A stretch of DNA of 62,992 nt, counting the filler, from Hausera hauseri (taxonomy: Eukaryota): the NCBI GenBank assembly GCA_046269625.1. It is 9 parts of 9 records of this genome, joined end to end, with 100 filler letters (N's around TTAATTAATTAA, not from the genome) between each part and the next. Parts side by side here need not be neighbours in the genome. Positions count along the whole stretch, not along the records: positions 1 to 6,229 come from JBJURY010122540.1; positions 6,330 to 14,773 come from JBJURY010640996.1; 7 more parts are not named here. One strand, given 5' to 3'. The first letter of the stretch is position 1. Every line of letters begins with the position of its first letter. The notes beneath the pieces are model-generated. The model worked only from the letters and a program-made list of their open reading frames with translations. It was not told where the DNA came from and ran no database searches. Position numbers and translations under genes: made by a program. Shown here one piece after another: positions 1 to 11,699 of the stretch.

Positions 1-75
<75 letters not shown>
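1..75. repeat. (TCA)n trinucleotide microsatellite
   Basis: Perfect TCA run from the window start to about 75. Confidence 0.97.
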
Positions 76-89
76 ATGCGGCAAGTCAA

Positions 90-1079
90 TGCGTTATAGA
101 TTGACATAATTCGTTAGATTTATACGGACAATCGGATTTTGCACTATCGAAATTCAACTTCCCCTCTGAACCGGTGAAATTTATAAATGGTATGAAAATA
201 AATTACATTTTGTCTCACGATATCACGTCAACTGAACCATATAATCTTCAGAATGAACATAATAAACTGTGGGCCGGAAACTCTTGTTTTACGAGAGACT
301 TGAGTAAGGGTAGAAAAGAAGACCAAATCCGTTTTATGCTAAAAGATGGAAAAGTACGTTTTGATTATAAAAGTGAATTTACTGTCCACTTCTAATCCAT
401 TGAAATGGCGAAAAAATCCGGATTTCAAAGTACAGAAATCATAGGTAGAAGTATTTTTGCTGATGATTGCATTGTGCAAAATACAAACCTAGGAACATCT
501 GTGTACATTACCTTTAGAGGATAAAATATATCGACGGTGTTTGATTCAGGTATACTAATTGACGATAATGTCTATTATTAATCTGTAGCGGATCTCTGTC
601 GAAACTTTTCCGCTAAAAATTACAAACATTTACTTAAAGTTTTTACGTCAGATACAAATAGATACATAACATTCAAATTGAATACAGATGTAGTCGAAAT
701 TTCGTTGCACAAAGTTTTGGCTATGGTATTGGGTTTCGAAAAACAGAGGTTTAAGACGAATAAGACACATCTTGCAACACTTAAACCAAAACTGAAAAAT
801 GGACTATATCAAATGTACATTTACACGAAGGTCATACAATTGATTTTTGTCGGTGGGGTACGTGTACCGCTACTCCGTGCAATTTGTCCGGAAAGTAACA
901 GGTATACTGCTAGTGATAATATCACTATCAAATTCTATAACCCTATGTACCTACCCATGGCATCTGCATCTATAATCAATGTTGAAGAAAACATCAAACG
1001 TGACGCGGGTTACTTTGTTGAATTTCCATACGGTACCACAACCTGTCTAACTTTTCATTTCCGTCGAAAATATGATTGA
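90..1079 (+). pseudogene. Polinton minor capsid protein (penton, PX-like), fragmented
   Basis: The C-terminal ORF 678-1079 has YQMYIYT..I....VGG...PLLR.I...F.NP.Y.P...G..V.F....T..TFHFRR, typical of Polinton penton C-termini. An N-terminal remnant LDLYGQSDFALSKFNFP lies near 106-166. Confidence 0.8.
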
Positions 1080-1444
1080 TTCTTAGCTCTTTTCCATTTA
1101 CAGTAAATCTCACCACGGCGGTGAACTGCCATACTTCGTTGGTAAACATTACGGTTCTGGGTGGTTGCGTACAATGGAACATTTACAATCTCCTGTACTG
1201 AAGCGTATTGGAGCCGTTGCGGTAAAAAGAGCAAACGATGTTCTGAATGAAATCAAATCGATTCTACCATCGTTAAAGGAACACGCCTTGGCAGAAATAA
1301 AAATGTTGCACCAGGAATCGTTTAATCAGTCCAAAAGCATTTCACTGGCAGTGGCTTGAGGAAACGTGGTGATGGTGGTAAACGTAGATCAGCATCTAGC
1401 TTTTTAATCATAAATAAACGTAGTCGTCGCATGATTTTCGATTG
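1072..1444 (+). pseudogene. Polinton small core/virion protein (Gly-motif, basic C-terminus)
   Basis: Reading through one stop gives HGGELPYFVGKHYGSGWLRT...PVLKRIG, with an Arg/Lys-rich tail in a shifted frame. It sits between penton and MCP. Confidence 0.6.
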
Positions 1445-1457
1445 ATTGAAAACAAAA

Positions 1458-2480
1458 ATGGCATCTGCAAAATCTGAATTGCGTATATTTGGCAAAACCA
1501 CTCCACAAGTCATTATTAATAATGCAGCATTTGAGGAAATGAACACCGTTGATTCTGTTTCAACTGACGACAACATTGACATTCAATTCAATGTAATTGC
1601 ATCGGACAATGAATTTTTGGATTTGAACAATACGCTACTCTATGTAAAAGTCATTGTTAAAAAGGATGCATCAACGGTTCTTGCTGCAACAAATATTGTC
1701 ACAGCGACCAATTATTTTTTCCTCACTCTGTTCCAGAAAGCTTCTCTGACTCTAAACAGTGTTAAAATTGAAGGAAATACCAGTCTATATAGTATGAAAA
1801 CTCTACTTGGAACGGCTTTGAATTACAGTGCAGGCATGAAAACGACTTATTTGAAAGCCATAGGATACGATACCACAGCAGCAAACCAACAGACATGGGT
1901 GGCAGAATCAAAAGCACTTACAATGTGTGGACCGCTGTATTTTGACTTTTTCGATCAGCCGAAATATCTAATACCCAATGTTAAAACCCTGATTCGACTC
2001 AAACGCAGTGATAATGTTTTTATTTGAAAACCATAGTTGCCAATATTAAACCTATACTGAAATTTACCGAGGCACGATTATATGTACGTCGTGTAAAGTA
2101 GAATCATTTGTGCTCATGGGACATCGATTGCGTCTGGCAAAATGAAATACCTGTTATCTATTACAACGTACAGAAATCGTGTTTTACACCATACCCAAAG
2201 GTTCGATATCGTTTTATAAGGACGCACTGTTTGGTGACATGCGATTACCAAAATTTGTGCCTGTTATCTTTCAACCGACTACTGAACAAACCGGTAGATA
2301 TACCACCGTTTCAGAAACGTTTACAAATAGCAATGTAAATTGTATCAGTTTGGGGAAAACGCGGATTTCGTTGAGATGTATAAGCAAAATATCGAGACCG
2401 ACGATTATGTTTGCACACACATGTAATCTATCATGCGCAAGATGAGTTTGCTAAATAAAAATGTCAACAATGGCATATCG
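1458..2480 (+). pseudogene. Polinton major capsid protein (double jelly-roll, PY-like), frameshifted and 3'-truncated
   Basis: MASAKSELRIF..TPQV.I...IQFNV......LDLNNTLLYVKV.V, then PLYFDFFDQPKYLIPNV..LIRLKRS, and in shifted frames EARLYVRRVK and FYTIPKG...LFGDMRLPK. Confidence 0.88.
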
Positions 2481-5269
2481 ATGGATTTGTTGAAGTGCGC
2501 CTGTGGTGTCCACTGCTGCCGGTGCCCTTTGGCCCATTTGGTTGGGCACGGCCGGGCGTCCGCTATCGCCGCGTCGAATCAATAGTCGGGTCCGACTCTT
2601 CGCTTTAAGAATCTCATCCATCATATTTCGACAGGCAATGTCTCGCAAAGGTCTACGTAAAAGTATGTTAGTCGAAATTTGTTGAAACAAATAAATCAGT
2701 ACAGAATTGATTTGAATTTACACATCGACGATAATAATTGTCCACAATATCAGTCGTTTTCATCAGACTTTAAATTAAACATTCTATCTGTTGATGATGA
2801 TTTGTTTTGTGATATACATGACTAAGCGTTACCATTAACAAAAGAAATCGTGCATTCTTTCATTAATGAACTAGACCTAGAATTATCGGTACAAACGAAT
2901 CTCGTTGAGCATTCAGTTGAAGCTATAACACAAGATTCAACAAATGTTACAGTAAAAGTAGATAGAAAACTCAAAGCTGAAATATTGACACATTCGAAAG
3001 GAATTCCTCGAAAAAAAGTCCAATAAATTCGTTTAGAGAACCAATGTCGACGACTTTGTCAGGAGTCGCGAGTCATCATTGTCATCCGTGGACAAAGCCA
3101 ATGAATAATAACAAATTACCAACTCCAGTTGCAAGTAGATATAAAGAATTTTCTGTGAAATCTCTAACAATAAAAACAATCCAAAAACTGAAACAACTGA
3201 TCTACAGCGACCGGCTTATAACACCAGTAAAAAGCCAAAAGCCCATCAACTTTCAACATTGGAAAAAGAAATAAAAAAAGTTCTACCAAAAACTCTAAAT
3301 TTGAACACCACTATCAGCACAATTTCAACTATTTTAACAAATCCAACGGAGTTGTTATCGACTTTTATTGAAGAGCGAAATGCTATTCCGAAAACGTTAA
3401 GTGAAAGTAATAAGACTATTCCACCGCAACAGTTTGACGTGGTAAAAAGCATTGATACTCCCTATACGTCTAATAAGAAAACAATTTCAAAAAAAGACCA
3501 ACTTCTAGTGCTACATTCGGCAGTGGCACAAACGTTCCAAAAAACGAAAGATCCGACAATATTTGGAAGACTTTAATAAAAAATTAGAGAAGCTAATAAA
3601 AGAAAATCAATTGTTTAATTACGTAATTTCAGACCGTAAGAATGACGTATGTAATAGGTATAATTACATTTTCTTTTTAAAGCACTATGGAAATCTCGAA
3701 TGGATCACAGAACATTACTTCGAATAAACGTCAGGTCGTGTACCAAACGGATTTTCCCTTACCACGCAATGCCGATGAAATCGAAGTAACAGGATATCTT
3801 AAACCGGCGTCGAGATTAACGTCCTTTGTTAAGAAACCGTCAAAATTGCCGAAATGTATTCCACGAAAAACCAAAGTTCATTCACCAAATAAAGAGAAAC
3901 ATTCACCTTCATACAAAGGAGACAAATCAACAAACAACGGAAGGAAGCAGTCCAACGATAACTGTGCAAAACATGATTTAAAAGCCGATAAAATAAAAAA
4001 ATTAAAAGTCCACCACGAAAAATGTATTGCCCACAGAGTTACACCAAAAATGATGTCGTGTTATCACCAATTAAGTCGACGTCATCTCTGAATTTTTCAA
4101 AATCATTAGGTTGGTCAACACCGCGTAAACAACTTGATGAATTATACCAGTTTGAACTTTTTTGATGATGACGTATTTGATGATGAATTTGAACCCGTTA
4201 ACCGACAAGCAAACAGACGTATCGACGATAATTGTTAAAGATGGGGGACGGACAATTTTATCCAGTCTTAGCTTCGATATAAATGATAAAGATTTTATTA
4301 AAGAAACCATCGAATAATAGTGTTCAAATTGAAGTTGGAATTTTAAGAAAAGTTGGTGTGCCGGATTTATTGACCCTTTTTTGTGACATTTTTATAATTG
4401 TACAAAAAATGTTTTGTTTAAAAATTCAAGAATAAAATTTTGCATTTTTCATTTTGCATTTTCCAGCCATTTTATTGTAAGAAATTTAGTTTTGATTTGA
4501 TTTTACCATTACTAATTTGAATTTATCGTATGGTGGTTTTCAAAAATTTTATATCGTACAGGATATGAATTACGTTCAGCAGAATGACATTATCCCATTT
4601 GCGTCTGCTGATCGTCTTCCTATCGTTAATGATTATTTCGTTAAATTTCTAATTAAATTTGATGAACAAGAAGCGCTTTCTATGCCAACGGAAAAGTTAA
4701 CAGAAGGGCTCATGGCTAAAAAGTTTTTTGGGAGTTATGAATGTTGAACTGGAAGTATTCGAGGATATTTGTGCGACGTTGATTACATTTTGTTTAGGAT
4801 GAGTGATGGATAATATTACTCAGGACGTGACGAGAGTCTGGCGTCATATCATACGAATCGAATATCTAGGTGATTCGAAAGTCACTCTCAGAAAACGAAT
4901 TCTAAAAATATTTTCTGTGTCTGGTTGTTTAGAAACGATCAACTGCCAGGGCGTTATGCATCACCAACCATTGTTGACAAAAGATAATCTTCTGTTAAAA
5001 AAATAATACCGCCTATCTGCTCTTTACGTTTGTCCTGGCTCCTGATTATGACGTTGAACAGTCTCAGCTACCTCAACAGGGAAACCTGAGATTAAAAGGT
5101 CACTTTGCTAAAGAGCTGGAACAGTCTAACGTCATGTACATTTATGGCGTATTTGATGCCGAAGTGAAAATAACTAAAAATGGAACCATCATTACATGAA
5201 TAAAATCTAATGTCATTTTACCTAGTATCAAGAAGTAATTTATTATTATTGTGCATTAATAAAGTTTTA

Positions 5270-5600
5270 CATCAATCACTTTGGGAACCTGCTCTTGGGT
5301 GTGAAATTTCGCGGTTTGTTTCCACTGGACTGTGTACAACGTGACTTACGACAAACTGGTGGTTTTGTTGTCAATACACACGTCATCGTTACATGGCAAA
5401 CCTCGGATTGCTGTGTACTTACATCCTACCGTCGTTAGAGTATTCGATCCACTCGGATTTTACTACCCCTCATCGTTAGTTTCACAAATTGAAAGGCAAT
5501 CACATCATCATGTTGAATGGAATCGATTTCATTATCAATATCCAATGACTATACTATATGGACAATATTGTGGCTTACATTACAAACACTTTTGTAAACA
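5270..5600 (+). pseudogene. Polinton adenain-like cysteine protease, inactivated
   Basis: FRGLFPLD...FVVNTH / SSLHGKPRIAVY...FDPLG...N....Q.P....YGQYC. The expected G-x-HW His and C-G-x-Y-C catalytic Cys are substituted, and there is one frameshift. Confidence 0.8.
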
Positions 5601-6229
5601 ATGGACGCTGAAAGTTTTGTGTTTTGAACGCTTCTGTGACTTTAAAATCTATTATTTTGTTGTACTGTTATCATGTGTAATTTCATTTTAGTGTCCTTTT
5701 ATATAACTATTAGTTTATTTTACTATAAGATTTCAACGCGTTTCATATTCGCGAGTCATTAGTCTGTGTCAACCCTTTGATGGTCTCATGACGGTCATTT
5801 TCATCATCCTGATCAATCCTTCTTCTGCTGAGTAATTGGTTCATGCATGTGGTTTGCGTGATTTCTAATTTATTAAACTCGGACTTAGTTGTCCAACAGC
5901 ATAAAATAAAACTAATTTAGACTTGATTTTAAACATTTTCATATTTTGTAAACATTTTAATGGACAAGGTACGAAATCTGTTCATGACAATATTACATCA
6001 TGTATTAACTATATTTCATTATATGGTAAACAAATAAGTCCAATTTTTTAAAATTCTAAAATCTTATTTAAATAATGAAAATAGAACACGAATCACAGAA
6101 TCTTTTTGTATAAAGACGTTTGCTCCAAATCTTTTTAAACAGATAGATTTTGTGATAACTGTTTTTCTGTTTCGTGATAAATTTACAATTAATAAAGTAT
6201 TTCACGGATTCGTTTTGCTACATTTTTAT

Positions 6230-6329
6230 NNNNNNNNNNNNNNNNNNNNNNNNNNNNNNNNNNNNNNNNNNNNTTAATTAATTAANNNNNNNNNNNNNNN
6301 NNNNNNNNNNNNNNNNNNNNNNNNNNNNN
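6230..6329. other. Artificial contig spacer N44-TTAATTAATTAA-N44 (also at 14774-14873, 23135-23234, 28152-28251, 34718-34817, 42893-42992, 47827-47926, 57592-57691)
   Basis: Eight identical 100-bp spacers whose 12-mer gives stops in all six frames. Confidence 0.99.
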
Positions 6330-6690
6330 AGTGCATCGCCTACTGCACACGCCTGTACATGTGCCATTTTGATATCATTGATTTAAAATTTATAGCGGAA
6401 AGGCCTGTGGCGGCTCTTACCCACTTGCGAATTATTCGAAAACCAATTAATCGATTTAAATTCTAACTGCACACTTAGATACAACATCAAGTGCACTACC
6501 GATTGCACCCGGTCTCGGGTGCTAATTATCGATTTTTCAAAAATCCAATATGATTGATTTTTGCACACTTGCACATGTGCTGCACACTTGCACTTGCACC
6601 AATCGATGTGCACTCATGTGCCCTATCGATTAGCACAAAGTGCAGATCGATTCAATCAATAGTGCACTGTGCAGCGATCGATTTGTGATA
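6330..6690. repeat. Cluster of TGCAC/GTGCA and ATCGAT motifs, probable DNA-transposon subterminal region
   Basis: About 14 TGCAC/GTGCA and about 6 ATCGAT words in both orientations within about 360 bp. Confidence 0.5.
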
Positions 6691-8652
6691 AACCAGCAAT
6701 TAACAATTTTCAAGTCCACAGAAAAATGAAAATAAATTTAATCATCGTTCGAAATAATTTCATGTCTTGTGATGTTTATTTTATTGGAAAACGACAGTAA
6801 AAGAACGTTTGTTGTATGATAATGACCAATAAAATTTATATTTTGTGTAGAGTGGTTTGAAATTTAAACGAAAAATTAATTTTGTGTATTTCTTTCAATT
6901 AACAACGTATGGATAAACTTTACGAATAAGTGTGCTAATTTCTCATTGGTGTATGAGTTTTCCCTGTCTTAATGCGCTAACGGGTTGTATTATTTGTTAA
7001 AGATGCTGTTGGAACCCAATTGTTTAGTTGGGCAATCCGGTCTATGTCAAGAGGTTTAAGTTGGGAAGTCAGACGGGTATAAAGTTGTATATAGTGTATA
7101 TATTAGATTGCGTGTGCGTTCATATGGATTGAATGGTATGTGTGAGTTTTCGAGATTGTAGGTATACTGTGTATGAAATTTCATGATTAAAATGTTAGTT
7201 TGTCTGAAGTGGGTATGTTTAAACGAAAATGTAAGTGATTAAAGATGTAACGAAGGTGTGTGATACGAAAAAGAAACGTGTTATGACTAAGCGTAATTGT
7301 AATATGATTCCTGGAGGTATTCGGGGAACCGGGAGATGGGGGCGACCGATGTCGACGTATTTAGAAGATGATATCACCATTATGTTGAAAGCTAATATAC
7401 GAACATTTTTACGAACTCCATTGAACCTAATTAAGGAGTATTAAACGCAAAAACAGGAATCATGCTATGCAACGGGAATAAATCTGAAAAAAAGACGTCC
7501 AAGTGTTAGACAGTAAACTTGTTATTTCATTACAACACGATCTAAATCGAATTTTGTCGATGACTTATTATACATAAATGCAGATTTAAATGTGAGACGA
7601 AAATGGGGAGACGACATACGACTATACTGAGTGTCATCGGTACACTGAATTGCCCTCGACCAAGCCGAGTTCCGAGCCAAATGATGATGACAAAAGTTGG
7701 TGGACTGATTCAGAGTTATCGGCAGGAAAATTGAGCAATGTTAAGACGAGATCAGAAAAAAGCATGGTTAAGCAGAAAGGGCGAAAGAAGAACTCGACGG
7801 CAATGATTGGGATGATGATATTAGTGATGAATAAAACGACGGGGTTTAAAACCAGGGATTGGTTCCCCTATTATAAAGGAAGAGTGTATTAATCCGCGTG
7901 GGTCAGTCTCACCATCTACTCAAAACGATCATGGGGGTTATGAGACGGATTCCAATGTAGAAGAATTCTATAAATTTTACGTTACGAGTCCCACAACAGA
8001 AAAAAGTCAACCAATCCCATTCTATTCTCTTCTAACTATTCGATCGGAAATGTTTAGCAAATTATGTTTGTAGAGATTGAATAATTAGAAATGATAGGTA
8101 GAATTCCTGTATTATCGCTACCTACGAACAAGGACAAAATAATAGGTAGAATTATTATAATATTAATATTTACTTGCTCATTAGTATTTGTGTATCTATC
8201 TAGGTGTCCCCGATGATTCATAAGCTAAATGTTTAGTCATATATATCACCTTGTGTATTATCATGGTGATAAAGAATAACACAAGAAAAAATCAAATCAT
8301 CCAAAAATTGATTAAAATTTAATTTAAAAATGAATACGACTGATCAGAAACTTCTGAATGAGCATAGTTCCAAAATGTTAAATTATGGATCAAATAGAAG
8401 ATATATTCATAAACATTATGCATATATTAGCAGAAAAGGGTCCGGAGACTATGCCTATAAAATCTCTTCAATTGAATTGATAGCAAACAGCGGAAAAAGG
8501 CTGACAAGAAGTATTGTATGAATTTGTCCCAAATGTCTCTTTCCAAATCACAAACGTTGAACTATTCCTTAATCAGGATAATCGTGAGAAATATAGCTAA
8601 TTATGGTATTGCAAAGAAACTTTTAAAAACTAAAGATGTAATTAAAAGATAA

Positions 8653-9231
8653 ATGTTGTACTTTTATGAGTTGAAAACAGCTAAAGGTGATTTTAATTAT
8701 ATTGTTGGTTATCACTTTCATTCTCTTGTAAACGTTCACGACAACCCCGAAGACTCAGTCATAAACTACCATACCGATAATCATAGTCGAGATATTATGA
8801 GATTAGAGAAAACCGAGACGTTGACGTTGAAAGAAAGGATCAAAGGGGATGTTGATGTTGGGGATAATCAATTGTCAAATGATGACGAAGAGAACGTTGA
8901 TGGAAAGGGACTAATTTTCTACAAATTGAATGCGGTTAGAGGTGTTTGTAATTATATTGTTAGTTGTCGTTCGTATTTTCCTGGTTTGTTGAATGTTAGC
9001 CGGAGTCATGATGTTGGGGTGTATGATAAATTCAGCATGTTTGCGAAGATGCTAATAGTTAATGGTGGAGATATTCACCCGTGGAGCAGCACCTCGAGAA
9101 TAATGGCCCTGTATGTTTGTAAAATTAACATAGATGTATTTTTATATGATTATATATTGAATAAACGGGTTTTGGGATTAAAACAGATTTACAAATGGGG
9201 CTCTACAAGATCTGGAAAGAAAGAGGGATGA
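8653..9231 (+). CDS. Hypothetical 192-aa protein with an internal duplication, upstream of BEL gag
   Basis: LYFYELKTAKGDFNYIVGYH is echoed by LIFYKLNAVRGVCNYIVSCR. Co-oriented with ORFs 9195-9593 and 9607-9957. Confidence 0.4.
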   Translation: MLYFYELKTAKGDFNYIVGYHFHSLVNVHDNPEDSVINYHTDNHSRDIMRLEKTETLTLKERIKGDVDVGDNQLSNDDEENVDGKGLIFYKLNAVRGVCNYIVSCRSYFPGLLNVSRSHDVGVYDKFSMFAKMLIVNGGDIHPWSSTSRIMALYVCKINIDVFLYDYILNKRVLGLKQIYKWGSTRSGKKEG

Positions 9232-10025
9232 GGGATAAAGAAATTTGTGATAAGAGATCAACGGGAATTAAAGGTATGATTTATGTAGTATGTATAAAGA
9301 AAAGAATACAAACATACAAGAACGAGATTCATATGTGTGATAATGACATTCTAGTAAATTTATTGTGTAAAGAGGAAATAAATCTTTCATATGGTAGCAG
9401 AGCGTGGCTTGTGCTCTGCACAGTGATTCGCGGACACAAACCATGTAAAGCAATCGCCTTTCGAAGTCCTTATGTCCATCTCCTCGTTTTCGGATCTTAT
9501 TCACTCCATTCGAATGCTGAAATAAAAGCGGCAATCTTCTGTAAAGTATGCACGGTTATGAGCTATGAGGAAATGAAGAAAAAAATGCCGTGACTATCTT
9601 ACAGAAGTGAAGCAAAAATTGGGAGTTACGGAACCTTGTGCTGAGGGCGATAAAAATTTAAAAAAAAGGGTTTCTGATGTTAATGCCTCTAAACGAATAG
9701 AGAATAGACATCAATGGACAAAGTCGTTGGTAAATGACCGGAAAGAAGTATGTTTTAAAAGGTTCTTGTTTGAGACAAGTTACCCTAAAACATTAAATGA
9801 ATCACAGGAAAACATTGAATATTTGAAATTTGAAGCTGCTGAAAATAAAGTTAAAAAAATCGGTCAAGAACCACAAATTACTGATGTAAATCCAGAGAAG
9901 GCATTGGACCTTGTTGAAGATGGCAGAGCTGAAGGAACAAAGTTACGGTTTAGATAAAAGGTAATTGAAGTAGGAAAGGTAAATGAAAAAATATAAACAA
10001 AAATTCGGATGTCCGAGCTGAAGAA

Positions 10026-10247
10026 ATGGGAAAACAGATAATCATGCGTAGCGGCGGACGAAATTCCATGGCAGATTCAACTGATATTCAATCATATTAT
10101 AATCTGATCGGCATTGTAAAGAGAAACTTGAAAATTAATGAGGAGTTTATTTTATTACATGCTGGAAGGCCGCTACGGACCGATGGAGAAGTGAAAAATC
10201 TAAAACACGGTTTAACAATTCACTTAATGTTACGGCTAAAGGGAGGA
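10026..10247 (+). CDS. Ubiquitin-like domain (74 aa, ends LRLKGG) at the head of BEL Gag
   Basis: FILLHAGRPL...TIHLMLRLKGG matches ubiquitin LIFAGKQL...TLHLVLRLRGG, and the length to the diGly is ubiquitin-like. Confidence 0.8.
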
Positions 10248-11560
10248 AGCGAAATAATGGCGGACGAATTTGAAGAACGTATTTCCGAACGATGAAGACC
10301 TATAAACGAATTGACGTTGATTAGAAGGAGATTGATAGACGTAAATTTGAACGAACATGATTACGACGTATTCTACCAAAGTTATGAAAAGTTTCTCAAG
10401 CGTCCAAGAGGAACTGTGTTCATTGACAACCGCAGCTAGAAAATTAAAAAGGGAAGAGAACGTAACACTACTGGAGAACGAAATAGAGAAATTAGACGAG
10501 CAGAACGAGAAGATCAATACAATCATTCACGAAAGAAGCCTAAGGGAAAGCAAATCGGCGATTAATACAATAAACGGTGTGAATAGTGACACGAAAGAAA
10601 AGGTTATATTACCGAAGTTACAAAAATTAGAACTTCCAAAGTTTGGCGGTATAATTACAGAATATGATAAATGGAAGAGAACGTTTGATACTTGCCTTTA
10701 TAGGATGCCAATGTATGATATCTAGAAACAATTACTATTGAATCAGCGTCTTTGTGGAGAGCCTATCTTTCCATAATTTTGACCTATCTGTAGAAGGTTA
10801 TAAAGCTGCGATGGAAAAGCTTGACTCCTATTACGGAGGGGAACAACGGTGTTACGCCGCCTTTATGACCGAGGTTATGCGCTTCAAACCAATCATAGAG
10901 GAAAATATCATAGGTCTATACCGGTTTCTTGCATTGTTAGATGATATAACGGTACGGTTAGAAAATTTGGGGAGGAAAGAAGAATTAGGTGGAGGACTGT
11001 TGTATCAAAGTTTAATGGAAAAGACATGGGAAAGACATGTTGCTGAAAAGAAGTTGAATCGAAGAGTTGAGGAGTTGAAAATATGGGTAGAGTTGGAAGC
11101 GAGTGTTCGAAGGAATACAACTGAAAGAATCAGAGGCATAAATACCTTTAACCCAGGGAGAAATTATGATTCCAATCGGACGAACAACGAAAATAGGTTG
11201 ACAGTCGGAAAACGATTTATTGCTCATAATAAAAATCATATATCTTCTAAAGAATATGAATCTCAAAGGAAACCACAGGAGAGTTTTTATGTGGACAAAA
11301 ATATTAACGGGAACGAAACACCAATTCCAAACAAAATTGGAAAAGGTAACAGTATTGAATCAATGAATAAAGCCAAAAAACAAATGTGTTGGGAGTTCGA
11401 GAGAAGTGGAAATTGTAAATTTTGAAATAAATACAAATATCTATATATCAGTGAGGGGAATAGTAAAAAACAAATGTGTAAATATTACGTGGAAGGAAAT
11501 TGCAATTATGGGGAAAATGCCGCTACGTTCATGATCCACCGTTGAAGAAAAATACATTTA
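10248..11560 (+). pseudogene. BEL/Pao Gag (DUF1759-like) with tandem CCCH zinc fingers
   Basis: KLQKLELPKFGG....Y..W...F, then Y..A...L...YG. Finger remnants at 11387-11532: CWEFERSGNCKF*NKYKYLY and CKYYVEGNCNYGE/CRYVH. Confidence 0.8.
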
Positions 11561-11699
11561 AAAGAAACAAGAAAAAGACTTTTACAGTGTATGAGGTGAC
11601 GAAGAACTAGAAAAAGAAAAGGGTAATTGCGGAGATGATGTTGTGGAGAGGCAAGTTAACTCTTATGTGACTCGACGATCAGAAGAGGCCCCAACACCG

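Larger units (their letters stand above)
76..5700 (+). mobile_element. Decayed Polinton/Maverick (adintovirus-like) structural module
   Basis: Co-oriented remnants of minor capsid, core protein, major capsid and adenain-type protease, all with stops or frameshifts. No pPolB, integrase, ATPase or TIR recognised on this contig. Confidence 0.85.

Noticed and set aside
6274-6285. Recurring TTAATTAATTAA as a biological repeat, CRISPR repeat or piggyBac site
   Set aside because: It is always centred in identical N padding, so it is an assembly linker. Adjacency across spacers carries no biological meaning.
7235-7444. RTE-LINE-like 3' motif (GIRGTGRWGRP..TYL)
   Set aside because: Too short, with no RT or endonuclease nearby.
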